Source: the human T2T-CHM13v2.0 reference genome, Homo sapiens. From it: a stretch of 64,000 nt of DNA. Of this stretch, positions 38,729 to 51,532 are shown one piece after another. Made by a program: the position numbers and the translations under genes. Numbering within the stretch: the stretch's first letter is position 1; the number at the start of each line of letters is the position of its first letter. The notes beneath the pieces are model-generated. The model was not told the origin of the DNA and made no database searches. It worked only from the letters and a program-made list of their open reading frames with translations. The stretch lies in NCBI RefSeq assembly GCF_009914755.1, contig NC_060925.1. The stretch is one strand, 5' to 3'.

Positions 38729-41700
38729 TGCAGAGTTTGCTATATTTACAATGCCTTAGGAATGAAGAAACAAGGGTGGGGGGCCTGGAGAATGGATATG
38801 GAATCTGAAAAAACAAAAGAACCAGACTTAATGACATTGTCCTCACAGCTTTCTCAGATGTTCTTGAGAATTTTTTTCCCAATGGCCTTTATAAACAAAC
38901 TATATATGTACATATATTTTTGGGTGTGACTGATGCTTATGCCATAAGAAAAGTCACAGATCACCCAATATAAGCAAGATATCCTTGAAAAGCTTAAAAG
39001 TCAGTCCTAGGCAAACACCTAGCCCCCTATCCTGCAGTGAGACAGTGGGCCAGTTACCTGACTCCACGTGTTAAGGGGAACCACAGAATGACTTTAAGGA
39101 TGATGGTGGCTATCAGTACAATGTGTCTAACACAGATCCAAGCAAATTATCAGTATTCAACATATTCAATTAACCTAATTCTTATATAAATTGAATATAT
39201 CTACATATCCATTCTTTGAAAATGTAACAATTTGGCTGCATCAGTTGAATAACTCTAGTAAGTCCCAGTTAGGAGTTCATTAGATGTATCTTTTAATCAT
39301 TAATTTATTTTGCTATGTAGGGCACTGTCATTCACTTTTCAAGAACAACTAATATTCATTGAGCACAGTCAATGCTCATGCACCTATTATGTGCTGGGCA
39401 CTGAATGGGATTCTATCACGGACCACTGCTCTGGGCTAACAATTGACTTTGAGGATTGACACACTGAAAAAATGCCAGGGCATGAAGATGAATGGGTTTA
39501 CTTTTAAAGGGCCATGAAAATTGGCTCTCCTTGGGTCTGGCATAAAGCATGTAAGTGACTCAAAATGCTTTTATTAAAAAGTAAATTAAAGGTCAGAGGT
39601 GAATTTCTCTTAATTTTTAATTTCCTGTCCTTGTGCCAAGAATATGGATGAGAGGGGCAGGATTTGTTAAGTACCAGATGAGGATCCATGGTGACTGGGA
39701 GAGCTATACCATAGGGCCTGGCCAGCTGGAACTGGAGGCTGAAGCTGTGAAAAATGGTTCCACATCCCTGGTTGGGGGAGTATTTAATATTGTCAGGAAA
39801 AGGATACTGGTCGAAGGGGTAATTTTAAAAAGCAAGACATCACTTAAGCAGATGAGGTGTAAGAGTAAGAAACAAATGTTCAGATTTTATTAAACACAAG
39901 AGATTGAAGACAAAGAAGAAAATTATGATATCACATCCCGTTTGGGGGTTTTATTCTATTACTATCTGTCTTTGAAACAATCCCATGCCACTAGGCTCTC
40001 TTTTAAGTGCTCTATTATCACAAGGAATCATGCCAGTTAGGGATTGAACAAAAGTTCTGATACTGGCTATTTTACAATACACAGTGAATTGCAAACTCTC
40101 TGAGCCTCATTTTCCTCATCTTAAAATCAGAATATCAACATCCACCTCTAGGATGGTATAAGAGCTGTACAATGGTGCATGTAAGAGCACCTTAATTAAG
40201 TCTTGTGCATACTAGAGACACAACAAATGTTGGTTTTCTTTCTTGTCCTTCACATTATTCAGCAAATATACTGGAACAATCTAGTGAAACAAGATGGTAA
40301 AATGAGAGACACATGATTGGCATCAAATGGCTGAACTTACATCTTTTATCTGCTATTTGCCATTCATAAGTCATTGGCAGGCAGTTTTCCTCCTTAAAGT
40401 TTAGGTTTTTTAATCTTTAAAAGGAGAGTAATCACCATTGCTTTGTGTACTTCATGACATTGTTTAAAAAATCCAATGATTCAATAAATTAAAAGATATT
40501 TTGGAAAGGAATATGTGTCATATATCACACATACATATAAATATGTGCACATATGTATATATATGGTTTTATATCGGTCAAGTTGTACATGATATAAAAG
40601 ACATATTCAAAAATTTACAAACATTAAAAGTAGATTGGAGAGTGACATCAGTAAGATGGCCAACTAGAAGCTCCTAGCACTCTTTCCTCCCCACAAAGAA
40701 AAAATACCCACAAGGAATAAGCAACTATATTTTGACCAAAATAACTAAAAGAGAGCTCCAGAGAACAGCAAAGAAGTGGCAGAAATCCTGTGGAGCATTG
40801 AAACCCAGGATGGCCACATAGAGAAAGCAAGGAAACATCTTGCCTCCAGTATCCCCATCACTCAGCTGGAATCAGCTCAGAACCAGGAGGGAGTCCCTCT
40901 TGCAGAGAAAAAGTAAATAAGAAGATCCCAGCACCTGCCATCACCATCATGAATACCTGAGTCTTCACTAGCAGAGACTGCTGCAGTACTCACAGGCTCT
41001 GAACCTAGCTGAGGAAGCTCCTCAGAGTCCACACTAAGCTACCCTCAGAGAAAAAGCCATTACTGTGCCCCTAGCTCCTGTGACCCATGCTGCTACTGCA
41101 CTCTACCACCTTAAAACCGGAGTCACTGCCAGAGTGCATCCTACATTAGGGGTGAGTAGCTATTGCACTCCTTCATCCCTGAGGTTTTGCTGCCACTGCA
41201 ATGTGCCTACCTGGTAACAAGTCACCCCTGAGACAAACTGCTGCTCTGCTCTACCCACTAGGTCCAAGCTACCACAAAGATACCCCATCCTCTTCATTCC
41301 AGAGTCACTGTGCCCTGTTGGTTTGGGGTCCCGAATTGCAGCTGAGTCCTGCTCTTTGGAGCCTAAGCCACTGAAGCACCCATTTTTTCCCCCGAGACAT
41401 GCCAGTGCTATTCCCTGCTCACCAGGGACAGACCACAACCACATCCCAAGCCTCTGGGCCTGAGCTACTGGGGTGTGCCTCAGAGCAACAGATCCTGTCT
41501 TGGTGGGAGAACTGCATCCACTTGGACCTTGAAAAGTGAACCTCTGCCTCAAGTCCCAGTTGCTACAGCAGTTTCACTGAGCCCAGGAACCTGACCCCAC
41601 AGCTGTTCCAAGCACTAGTACCGTGGATCCCAGTGTTGTTGCAGCTGCCTGAGGGCTGTGTCAGACCCAACATCAACAGATATCCCCTCAGCTAAAACTT

Positions 41701-42082
41701 TCCACTGAGAGAAAGACAAGAACAAAAGTATTGCTAAAGCCCTGGCCTTTATAACCTACACAGCCACTGTCACTGCCACAAATTCCTGCAGCCTAGAACA
41801 TAGAGGCACTTGTAGTCATTGTGGACACTGATCACAAAAGAAGCTGGATGGAGACTACATCATGTACTCACAAGGAACCAGAGCCACTGCATCCTACCTA
41901 CCCAGCCATCTCAAGCCCATCTGAAGGTGAAAGTCTTCCCCTACAAAAGCTACTCTTTAAAGTTTGGAAGAGGTGATTGCACCATCAGATTTGAGACATC
42001 AATGCAGAAAAACAAAAAACAAAAAAGCAAGAAAACATGAAACCACCAAAGGAACACAATAATTCTTCAGTAACTGACCCCA

Positions 42083-42158
42083 AAGAAATGAAAATTTATG
42101 AAATACATGAAAAGGAATTCAAGAAATAAAAATTTATGAAATACACAAAAAGGAATTC
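42083..42158. repeat. 38-bp tandem duplication in L1 ORF1 remnant
   Basis: aagaaatgaaaatttatgaaatacatgaaaaggaattc followed by aagaaataaaaatttatgaaatacacaaaaaggaattc. Confidence 0.9.
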
Positions 42159-42484
42159 AAAATAATGGTCTTAAGGAAACTAAGCAAAATATACAAGAAC
42201 ACAAATAAATAATTCAATGAAATTGGGAAAATCCCAATGGTATTCTTTACAGTAGTAGTGGAAAACAATTCCAAAATTTATATAGAAACATAAGAAACTT
42301 AAAATAGTCAAAACAATTCTAAGTAAGAAAAACAAAACTGGGAGCATCATATTTCCTGATTTTAAATTAAATCACAAAGGTATAATAATCAAAACAGTAT
42401 GGTACTAGCGTAAAAACAGACACATAGACCAGTGGAACAAAATAGAGAACCCAGAAATAAATCCAAACATATACAGTCAACTAA

Positions 42485-43522
42485 ATTTTGTAAGAACCTG
42501 ATGATTATTTTCCATCAACCTTATTTTTGTGTTGCTTAACAGTCTGTGGAAAAACATCTTAAAACCACTCAGTGGTCATTCCTACCCATTCAGTGGCCTG
42601 AGCAGTGTGAGCTGCTGACCAGTCTTCCATGGCAGGCTGAGCACTCCAGTCTTCAGCAGGGAACTACTAAATAGGCACAGAGGGCACCCACGCTGCACAC
42701 CTTCACACCAGTCTGCAATCTCAGACTGAGTAGCAGTAAACTCAGGAGCTGAAGCAGTCTATTCAATCTGAAATTCCTACTTGGTTACAGCTTTTTCAGC
42801 AGCAGCCTGTTCTTCCTTTTTAAGGTCTTCAGGATCTCTGTAGAAGTATAGATCAAGCATAACCCCTCATAGGTGTTCACGGGAAATGGTGCCACACATG
42901 CAAACCATTTTCCAGGCCAGCATCCATCACATCAAACCCACTAAGTGAGTTCCCTTGTTGTTGCATGGGATGGCAATATCCACATAGTGCAGAGGAGAAT
43001 CTGTGTTACACAAACCAATGGTAGGCAGGTTACCATAAGATGCCTCTATGAGAGGATGGAGGTCAACCCTGGGCTCAGTAACAATCAGAACCCATGGCTT
43101 CCAAAAGACCATCTGGATCTGGTTAGTGATGTTTTCAGTGAAGCAGCAAGTAATAGGAGTAGCTTCAATGGTAGCAGCAAACTTTAACAAGGCCCATTGG
43201 CTAGTACTCTTGGAGGATATGACACTGACATCAGCAGAGTTTTCAGTGGCAGCAAAGACACAAGCTGCTAGCAGAAGCTTCTCCCAGGTCCTCCTCATAT
43301 TTATGATGTAGATGCCATGACTTTTCCTCTCATTGATGTACTGTTCCATTTTGAAGTCAAGGTTGTTGCCACCTAAATGGGTTCCTGCAGCAAAAAACTT
43401 AAGAACATCCTCCTCTTTCATTTGTAGGACATCAAGGGCTTTGGACATTGTGAAAGTTTCCCTTTAAGTTATGGCAGAAATCCACAACAGCACCATTTGG
43501 ACCCCTCTATAGGTAACATGGC
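42485..43522 (-). pseudogene. RPSA: Processed pseudogene of RPSA (40S ribosomal protein SA/uS2, laminin receptor); ancestral CDS 43448-42559
   Basis: [30 protein letters not shown]...[10 protein letters not shown] is ~70-75% identical to recalled human RPSA. Intronless, with 5'UTR (aacttaaagggaaactttcacaATG) and 3'UTR. Six in-frame stops and a 5-bp insertion after codon 173. 13-bp TSD tacagtcaactaa (42472-42484 / 43523-43535). Confidence 0.97.
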
Positions 43523-45002
43523 TACAGTCAACTAATTTCTGACAAAGGCACCAAGAGGACACAATGGGGAAAGAATAGTCTCTTCAAATAATGATGCTGA
43601 GAAAACTATTTCCACATGCAAAAGAATGAAATTGGGTGCTTATTTTATACCATGCACAAAAACCAACTCAAAATGGATAAAAAGCTTAAATATAAGGTTA
43701 GAAATTATAGAAACTCCTAGAAGAGAATATGGGGGAAAACTCCTGAATATTAGTCTTGGCAATAACTTCTTAGATATTACATTAAAAGCTCAGGCAAAAA
43801 ATTCAAAAATAAATAAATGGCACTACATCATTCCAAAAACCTTCTGCACAGCAAAGGAAACAATCAACAAAAGGAAATAGCAGCCTACAGATAGGGAAAA
43901 ATATTTGCAAACCATATACCTAATAAAGGCTTAATGTGCAAAATTTATAAAGAGCTCATACAACTCAATAGCAGTAAAACAAATAAGCTGATTTTAAAAT
44001 GGGCAAAAGACTTAAACAGACATTTCTCAAAAGAAGTTAAAAAAATGTCCAAAAGGGATACAAATAGGTGCTCAACATCATTAATCAGGGAAATGCAAAT
44101 CAAAACCATCATGAGATACTACCTCATATTGGTTTGCATGGCTACTAAAAAGTCAAAAGATAAATGTTGGTGAGGGTGTGGAGAAAAGGGAGCTCTTGTG
44201 TGCTGTTGGTGAAAATGAAGACTGGTATGATTATTATGAAAACCAGTATGGAGATTTCTAAATAAATTAAAAATAGAACTACCATATGGCCCAGCACACC
44301 TTTTTCTGGGCAAATACCCAAAGAAAATAAAATCACTATCTTATAAATATATCTCCTTCCTGTGTTCATTGCAGCATTATGCAAAATAGCCAAGATATGG
44401 AAACAACCTAAGTGTCTATTGATGAATGAATGGTAAAGAAATAGTGGCATATATATATGAATATTATTAAGCCCTAAAAAATAACAAGCTCTTACCATGT
44501 TCTACAACATGGATGAGCTTGGAGGACATTATACTAAGTAAAATAAGCTAGACACAAAGAGAAAAATATTGCATTATCTCACTTATATATGGAATCTAAA
44601 AAAATTAAATATACAGATACAGAGAACAAAATATTGGTTACCAATGGCAGGGAAGAGTATAAATGGGAAGGAAATGGGGAGATGTAGGTCGAGGGTACAA
44701 AGTAGCAGATATGTAGAATAAACAGGTCTAGAAATGTAATGTATAACATGAGGGAGATAAACAATAAACTTGCACTGTATTTGCAATTCATACCAAATGA
44801 GTAGATTTTAACTGCTCCTGCCACATGCAAAAAAAGTAACTGTGAGATGATGGATATGTTAATTTGCTTCCATATAGTAACCTTATTACTATCTATATGT
44901 ATTCCATAACATGATCATGTTATAAGCCTTAAATATACATAATAAAATTTATTTTTAAAAAATTAATGAAATAAAAGCAGATCAGTCTTCATCATTACCA
45001 AA

Positions 45003-46338
45003 GGAGTTTGGCAATGGATTCTTGGATGTGACATCAAAAGCATTAGCAGCAAAAGAAAAGGCAGATAGATTAGACTTCTTCAAAATTTAAAACCTTTGTG
45101 TTTCAAGGGACATTAAAAAGAAAGTGAAAAGAAAACCTACAGAATAAGAGAAAATATTTGCGAATGATATATCTGACGAAAGCCTAGTATCCAGAATATA
45201 TAACAAACTCCCACATCTCAACAACAAAAAGACAAACAACCCAATTTAAAAGTGGGGCAAAGGACTTAAATAGACACCTCACCAGTGAAGATATACAAAT
45301 GGCCAACAAGCACATGAAAAAATGCTCAACATTGTTAGTCATTTGGGAAAAGCAAATCAAAACTACAATGAAGTTCTACCTCACACCCACTAGGACGACT
45401 ATAGTAATATTTAAAGCAGAAAAGAGCAAGTATTGGCCAGGACACAGATAAATTGGAACTCTTGTACACTGCTGTTAGGAATGTACAAAAGTTCAGCCAC
45501 CATGGAAAATAATTTGGCAATTCTTCAAGAAGTTAAACACAAAATTGTCATATGACCCCACAATTCCACTTTTAGGGCTATACTCAAAAGAAATAAAAAC
45601 AGGTATGCAAACAAGTACATGTGCACATAATTGTTAATAGCAGCACTATTCACAATAGCCAAAAGATAGAAACATTTCAAATGTCCATCAACAGATGAAA
45701 GGATAAACAAATGTGTATTATATTCAGTTAGCCCTCCATATCCTGGGTTTTTCATCCATGGATTCAACCAACTATGAATCAAAACTATTCAAAAACATTG
45801 TGTCTGTACTGAACATGTACATACCTTTTTTCTTGTCATTATTTCCTAAATGATATAGTGTAACAATTTGTATATAGTATTTACATTGCAGTAAACATTA
45901 TAAGTAATCTAGAGATAATTTAAAGTATATGAGAGGATGTGCATAAGTCACATGCAAATACTACCCGGAACCAATCCTGGAACCAATCCCCCATGGATAC
46001 CAAAGGACGACTGTACATGCAAGTGGATTATTATTCAGCCATGAAACAAACCAGATACAAAAGGTCTCATCTCATCTGATTTTATTTTTATGAGATATCC
46101 AGATTAGGTAAATCCATAAAGAATGAAGATTGGTGGTTGTCAGGGCCTAGAGGGAGAGGGAATGGGAAGAAAGCACTTAATAGCTAAAGAGTTCTACTTG
46201 GGAATGATGGAAATGTTTTGGAACCATATAGAGGTGATAATTACACAATATTATGGATGTACTAACTGCCCTGAGTTGTTCACTGTAAAATGGGTAATTT
46301 TGTTATATGAATTTCACCTGAATAAATTATTTCAAAAA
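45003..46338 (+). mobile_element. L1MB-type distal ORF2 + 3'UTR, split by MER2
   Basis: ttggcaatggattcttggatgtgacatcaaaagc..ggccaacaagcacatgaaaa..gaatttcacctgaataaa. Confidence 0.85.
45725..46013 (+). mobile_element. MER2 (TcMar-Tigger MITE)
   Basis: TIRs cagttagccctccatatcc / ggataccaaaggacgactg followed by TA; ggattcaaccaac core. Confidence 0.85.
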
Positions 46339-47059
46339 TAGATTGATAACCTCATTAACGTTCAAGGAAGGTCCATTAAAGAATTGTTCTGTATGTAAAT
46401 ATTTTATTTTTTAAGGAAAATACAGTAGTCATTCCATAAATTTTTAATAAGCCAGTAAGTATATCAGTAAATCAATTAATAATGCTATCTTGAAAAAAGT
46501 CTATTGTAAGGAACACAGAGAAGACTCCAAGTAAATTTTCAAGCAACATAACAGAATCCTTGCCCATGATATCACTGTTTTATATAAAACCATTACCAAG
46601 TGAAACAAAAAATTAAAACTATCCATAAATTTGCCAAGATAGCATGTAATACTATGACATAATGACAAGTTTTTCCAAAGTATGTTACTTGTTTATTTTA
46701 TTTTTTGATTTCTCTCTCTGTCTCTACTGATGAACGTTTTTTCTTCAAATTAGAACTAGCTAAATGCTATTTAAAGAACACTAAATGAAACATTTGTCTC
46801 AGCTCTGAAGCTCAGTCTGCTGAAAAAATAAGTTGAAAAAACTTATAATTAATGTTGTTATTGCTAAATTATAAGGAATACCATTCTAAGTTTGTTTATA
46901 ATTTTGATATTTGTTTATGTTGAAAGTATCTTGTTTTTTATTGTTTTAAAATGTCGAAGGTTATTTGTATATAAATATTGCATTGTGGAAAAGAATGCTA
47001 TTTGACAATTAATCAAAGTTGGCCCATGTGTGTATAAGTCAAGATCTAACCTCACAGGA

Positions 47060-47510
47060 TGTAACAAAAACTATTCTAAATGTCTAAAATAGAAAATTTT
47101 AATATGAGAGATTGGTTACAGAGGTGATGAAAGAGTGAGAGGCTGCAGAAGAGACCATGAGGCACCCCAGAGATTAGCAACAGCAGGGAGTTACTACCAC
47201 CCCTAGGCTTAAAAAACAAAGACAAGTACCTAAGCATCCAGGTCACCTGGCTGAACCTAGAATCACCATGAGTCAAGGGCCTCAGATACTACCCAAGACA
47301 CAGAGAGAAAACCCCTGGCTTCTCCCTTCTTCCTATTGCAATCTCTCCAGTACATTGCAACAGGCAAATCCAGACAGAAGCTAGCTGGTTGATGTAGGAG
47401 CCTAAGGTAAGAGACTTCAGGAACCAGCCCACTACAATATAAAAGCAAGTAGGGAAGTGTACGGCTGAATCTCAGGGCAAAAAGATCAAGGACCAACACA
47501 GAGGGCAAAA
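47060..47510 (-). mobile_element. MLT1N-like MaLR LTR
   Basis: gagattggttacagaggtgatg..cccagagattagcaacagcagggagttactaccacccctaggct; ends ..aacaca. Confidence 0.6.
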
Positions 47511-47759
47511 CTAATTACCCTGTGACGGGTATAATATTATATGAACTAGAGACACAAAATAATGTATAGTTAGTCTCTGTCCTCAAGGATCTTACCATCT
47601 ACTTTGAGAAATAGACCATCTGATGATTAGCTTATTAGTATATAGTTCACTCCTAAATATTCTCACAGATAATAAAAATAGCATGCTATAATGCACTTTC
47701 ACATATGTAATTTCTGTTATGGAGATGAAGACAAAGCTTGGTGAGATGCCATAAACCTA

Positions 47760-48570
47760 AAATTAACATAATTCTTGATTCCTTCCTTTCCATGCAATCT
47801 GCTCATTCATACCATCTTATAGTCCTACTTTTCTAATTATTCCTCAAGTCCATTCACTTCTTTCCACCCAACATTTTTTACCCTGAGGCTAATTATTCTC
47901 TCACCTGGGCTTACTACCATTGACTACAGATAATTTCCAAGTTCACCTCTATCATCCTTCAATTTTCATTACACAGTAGCAAATGGTCTCTTGAAAAATA
48001 CAACTAACACTGTGCAACTTCTTTACACAAACCTTTTCAAATTATTCGTGTCACTTTTGAGTTAAAGACCAAAATCTTTATGTAACCTAAATTGTGTTGC
48101 AAAGCCTGGCTTCCACTCAGCTTTTCAACCCCATCTCATGCCTTTGCTGTCTAAGTTCCAGACACACTAATCTTATATGTCAGTTTTTCCAAAGGACAAG
48201 ATCCCTTTAAACCCAGCAATTTTGCATATGCAGGTCCTTCTGCCTGTAACATAATCCCCATCTCTCCTAGCCCTACACCACAGTCCAAGTTAACTCCTAT
48301 TCATCCTTCAAGATCTCATCTCAAACATCCTTTCCTCAGGGAAAGCTTCCCTGACTCTCTCTCCCCCTTAATGAAGGCAGATTATTTGTTACAAAATCTA
48401 ATAGCCACTAATACTTTATTTTACAACATTTGGCACATTTCATAAGTATACATTTGCCTAATTATTGGATTGCCTCTATCTCTGGTATAAGCCTTATGAA
48501 GCAGATGCTATGTCTCCTTTCTATTATATCCCTATCACCTTGCATGATGCTTGAAATCTAGGAGACTCTC
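47760..48570 (+). mobile_element. L2 3' region
   Basis: tctcacctgggcttact..aactcctattcatccttcaagatctcatctcaaacatc..gggaaagcttccctgact. Confidence 0.75.
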
Positions 48571-48829
48571 AAAAAGAAAGGAAGGAAAAAAGGGAGAGAG
48601 TTGAGGATAAAGGAAAGGAGAAAATTGCCTCACTTTAAGTGATAGAATTCAAAACCTGGAGCCCTGACTCTACCACACTGCTGCATCTCATAGAGCAAAG
48701 AAAAAGCATGAATTTCATACCAAATCCTAAATAATTCAAACTTTCTACTCTAAAATCTGGCATTATTATTTCTGCATCAGCCATCTTGCTGGCCCAGTCA
48801 ACACCCCAGTTTGTCAGTTGCTTGACCAC

Positions 48830-50525
48830 TTCTCCTCCAATGACCTTCTTTTTCATTCCCATGGTCACAGTCTGAGCCTTGGCATCCCCAGTAAATGCAC
48901 CACCTCCTAAATTTCATTTTCAAGCATCTCGCTTTGTGATCCTCACCTCCAACCCTTCCTGCTTACTTTCTCTAGCAACTTCATGCAACAATTCTCGATT
49001 TCTAAGCCATTGACCCACCTCGTCAAGTTTTCCTGGGCCTATCATTTTAATAATTCCTTTACAAAAGTCTCAACCCCTTTGCCCCTCTTTCACATGACAA
49101 AGTTCCAACTCTGGCTGAATCTAACTGTCTCCTCTGTGCCCACTCCTAGAGGAAAATTACACAATTAAGAGTCTACTTCACTTTAACACTGTAATCACAA
49201 ATCTTGAGTCCCAATTGGGCACTCAACACTGATGAACATTACGACCGATTACTTGGGTAGTTTACTTCCTACATTTTCAAGACAACCGTTTTATATTTTT
49301 GCTCTTCTCAAGCACTCTGCCTCCTTCCACAGTCCTAACATTCATTTGATGCCCTTGCCTGATTTCAGTGAGAAAATGAAGCCAATAAAGGGTAGCTCCT
49401 CCTTTCCCCACTGTTAATCTATAACCCTTCCTTCCTCTGGATGTTTCTTCTCCTCCCTCCCTACAGTTACAATCTCTCTTCCTTCCAAGGACCAGCTGCT
49501 CAGCTATGCTCAGTTTCATTCTCATTTCTCATGAATGCTAGTTCTTTGATTACCCTCTTTCTATTCTGCATTGCCCGTCTCTTCCACTCTGTTGAATCCT
49601 TTCCATCAACATATTCTCAAATATTGTTCACCTTAAAAACTTTTGATTCCACATCCCCTTCCAGCTACTGTCATGTTCTATTTTCTTTACAGCAAAAGTT
49701 CACAAAGAAAAAAGTGAAATATACAAGAGAGTATTTCCCCTTTCACTCTTCAGTACACTATAATAGGCCTCCATCTCTACTACCTTGATGGAACTTCCCT
49801 TAACAAGTTTGTCAGTGGTCTTCTCTCCTGCCAAATCCAGTGGGTCCTCGGCTGCATGTTACTCCCAGTAGGGTTTGTCCTCTTTGGCCACCTCTTCCTC
49901 AAAAGACTATTTCCTGTAGGGCTTTTATGACACCAGTCCTGATTTTCCTCTCATTTTCTGAGCTTCTGCTTTTAATTTTTCTTTGTATTGCCTTACTTTT
50001 TTGCTTAATCTCTAAATGTTGTAGTTCCTCAGGTTCTGTCTTAGTCCTTTGTTTCTTTCCTACCTACACAGCTTATAAGTGATCTCATCCAGCCACATTA
50101 TTTTAATACCATCTATGATTGATGACTCCCAAATTTATTTATCCAACAAGTCCTCTCCCCTGAGTTCTATATCTGCATATCCAATTGCCTACTTGACATC
50201 CTCTCTTAAACATCTGATAAGCATCAGAAATTTGATAATTACCCTTGAATGTTTCAAGATCCGGTGTGCGTCAGAGCCTTTTTTAAAACGTCCTCTGCTC
50301 AGAATGCTCTTCCCAGTCACTTTCATGGCTTGCCCTTCAACATCCATGTGTGAGCTTTAGGTCATCTCTTCAGAAAGTTCCTAACTATCTTGTCCAAAGT
50401 AGTTCTTTCTCTACTACTGCAGCTTCCTGAGCATTTTCTTTCTGGCACCTATCTGTCAGTATTTTATTTGATTGTTTCTGAATTTTGTTAACTATCAGTA
50501 TTGGCTGAATGAATAAATTAGTGAA
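48830..50525 (+). mobile_element. L2 ORF/3' fragments
   Basis: Pyrimidine-rich; gccaaatccagtgg, gatgactcccaaatttat, catatccaattgcctacttgacatc, tgaatgaata tail. Confidence 0.7.
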
Positions 50526-50699
50526 TAAATCATTTTTCCAGAAATTATAAGGCTATTTACTGCCTTACACACACAAATTCTCTGTATGTATGGTAATGTA
50601 CCTAACACCTGCCCTGACCGGTGTTTCCTATACAAACTAAATGCCTTATTATTAATAATAATGATAGCAATAGTAAAGACCAAAAAACAAATGCTACTA

Positions 50700-50901
50700 C
50701 AGTCGTCCCTGTTGTAACAAGGACCTGTGGTAGTAGAACTTCCCACATATACCCAAATCCGTGCATACTCAAGTCCAGTAGCTGGCCCTGTGGCACCCGT
50801 GTATACATGCCATGAATACTTTCCACCCATGTTTGGTTGAAAAAAAGTCTGGTGTAAGTGGCCCCGTGCAGTTCAAACCCATGTTGTTCAAGGGCCAACT
50901 G
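50700..50901 (-). mobile_element. MER8 (TcMar-Tigger MITE)
   Basis: TA-flanked TIRs cagtcgtccct... / ...gttgttcaagggccaactg; gcatactcaagtcc core. Confidence 0.85.
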
Positions 50902-51532
50902 TATTTATTTAGAATTCTGAAGTCTTTTTGTCAGCCTAGGCCATAGGAAGAATTGAGTCATCACATCTTTATAGTCAGGTTGGCAACAAACGTATTGTTG
51001 GTGATACGGCTTTTGAAATCCTGAAGATGGCAACAAGAAAATCTAAAAGCCTTTGGCCTATAGTGTTATAATGCCTCACCCTAACAACAAGCAGCCTTTT
51101 TCCTATTTTCCCACTAAAGGATTTCAGAAGTCCTCCCTACTTAGGATGTTAGTTGGTCTTCTTATTGTGTCAATAACACTAGAAATTTTTCAAAGATTGC
51201 TATTGCAACAAAGGGAAATCCACGCATGCAAAAGCTTCCTAGTTTTTAGGGCTGTAGTATAAAAGGATGAGTGCTCACAGTCCCAGTCCTCGCTCTGAGC
51301 AAGGAGGAAATGTGTGTGCCATGTGTGGGTGGATGTTCTTCACACTACCCCCGCCATCAGGACTGCCTGTCTTCTGCTGGCAAGGGGTTTTCCCCTAACA
51401 CATTAGGAAAAATTTGGAAGCCTTGAGCCGTGCTTACTCACATAATGGAAAAAAAAAAATCCTGGCTTTGCAGTCAAGAAGAGCAGGGCTCAGATGGCAC
51501 AGAGTCTACTACTTCCAGCTATTTCATCTTCT

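Larger units (their letters stand above)
40637..44965 (+). mobile_element. L1MA7/8-like LINE-1: 5'UTR (~40637-41990), ORF1 start, large internal deletion at ~42228, distal ORF2, 3'UTR; hosts RPSA retrocopy
   Basis: 5' gagagtgacatcagtaagatggc; ORF1-like ccaccaaaggaacacaataattc; ORF2-like translations ([29 protein letters not shown]); L1MA 3'UTR ending aataaaatttatt; candidate TSD taaaag(t/c)agat at 40625-40635 / 44972-44982. Confidence 0.85.

Noticed and set aside
42927-43448. 173-aa RPSA-like ORF as a functional CDS
   Set aside because: Intronless, TSD-flanked, truncated by TGG>TGA, many radical substitutions and no promoter seen; annotated as a pseudogene.
43626-44173. ORF2-like peptides as an active L1
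   Set aside because: Short fragments separated by stops and frameshifts; endonuclease and RT regions are absent.
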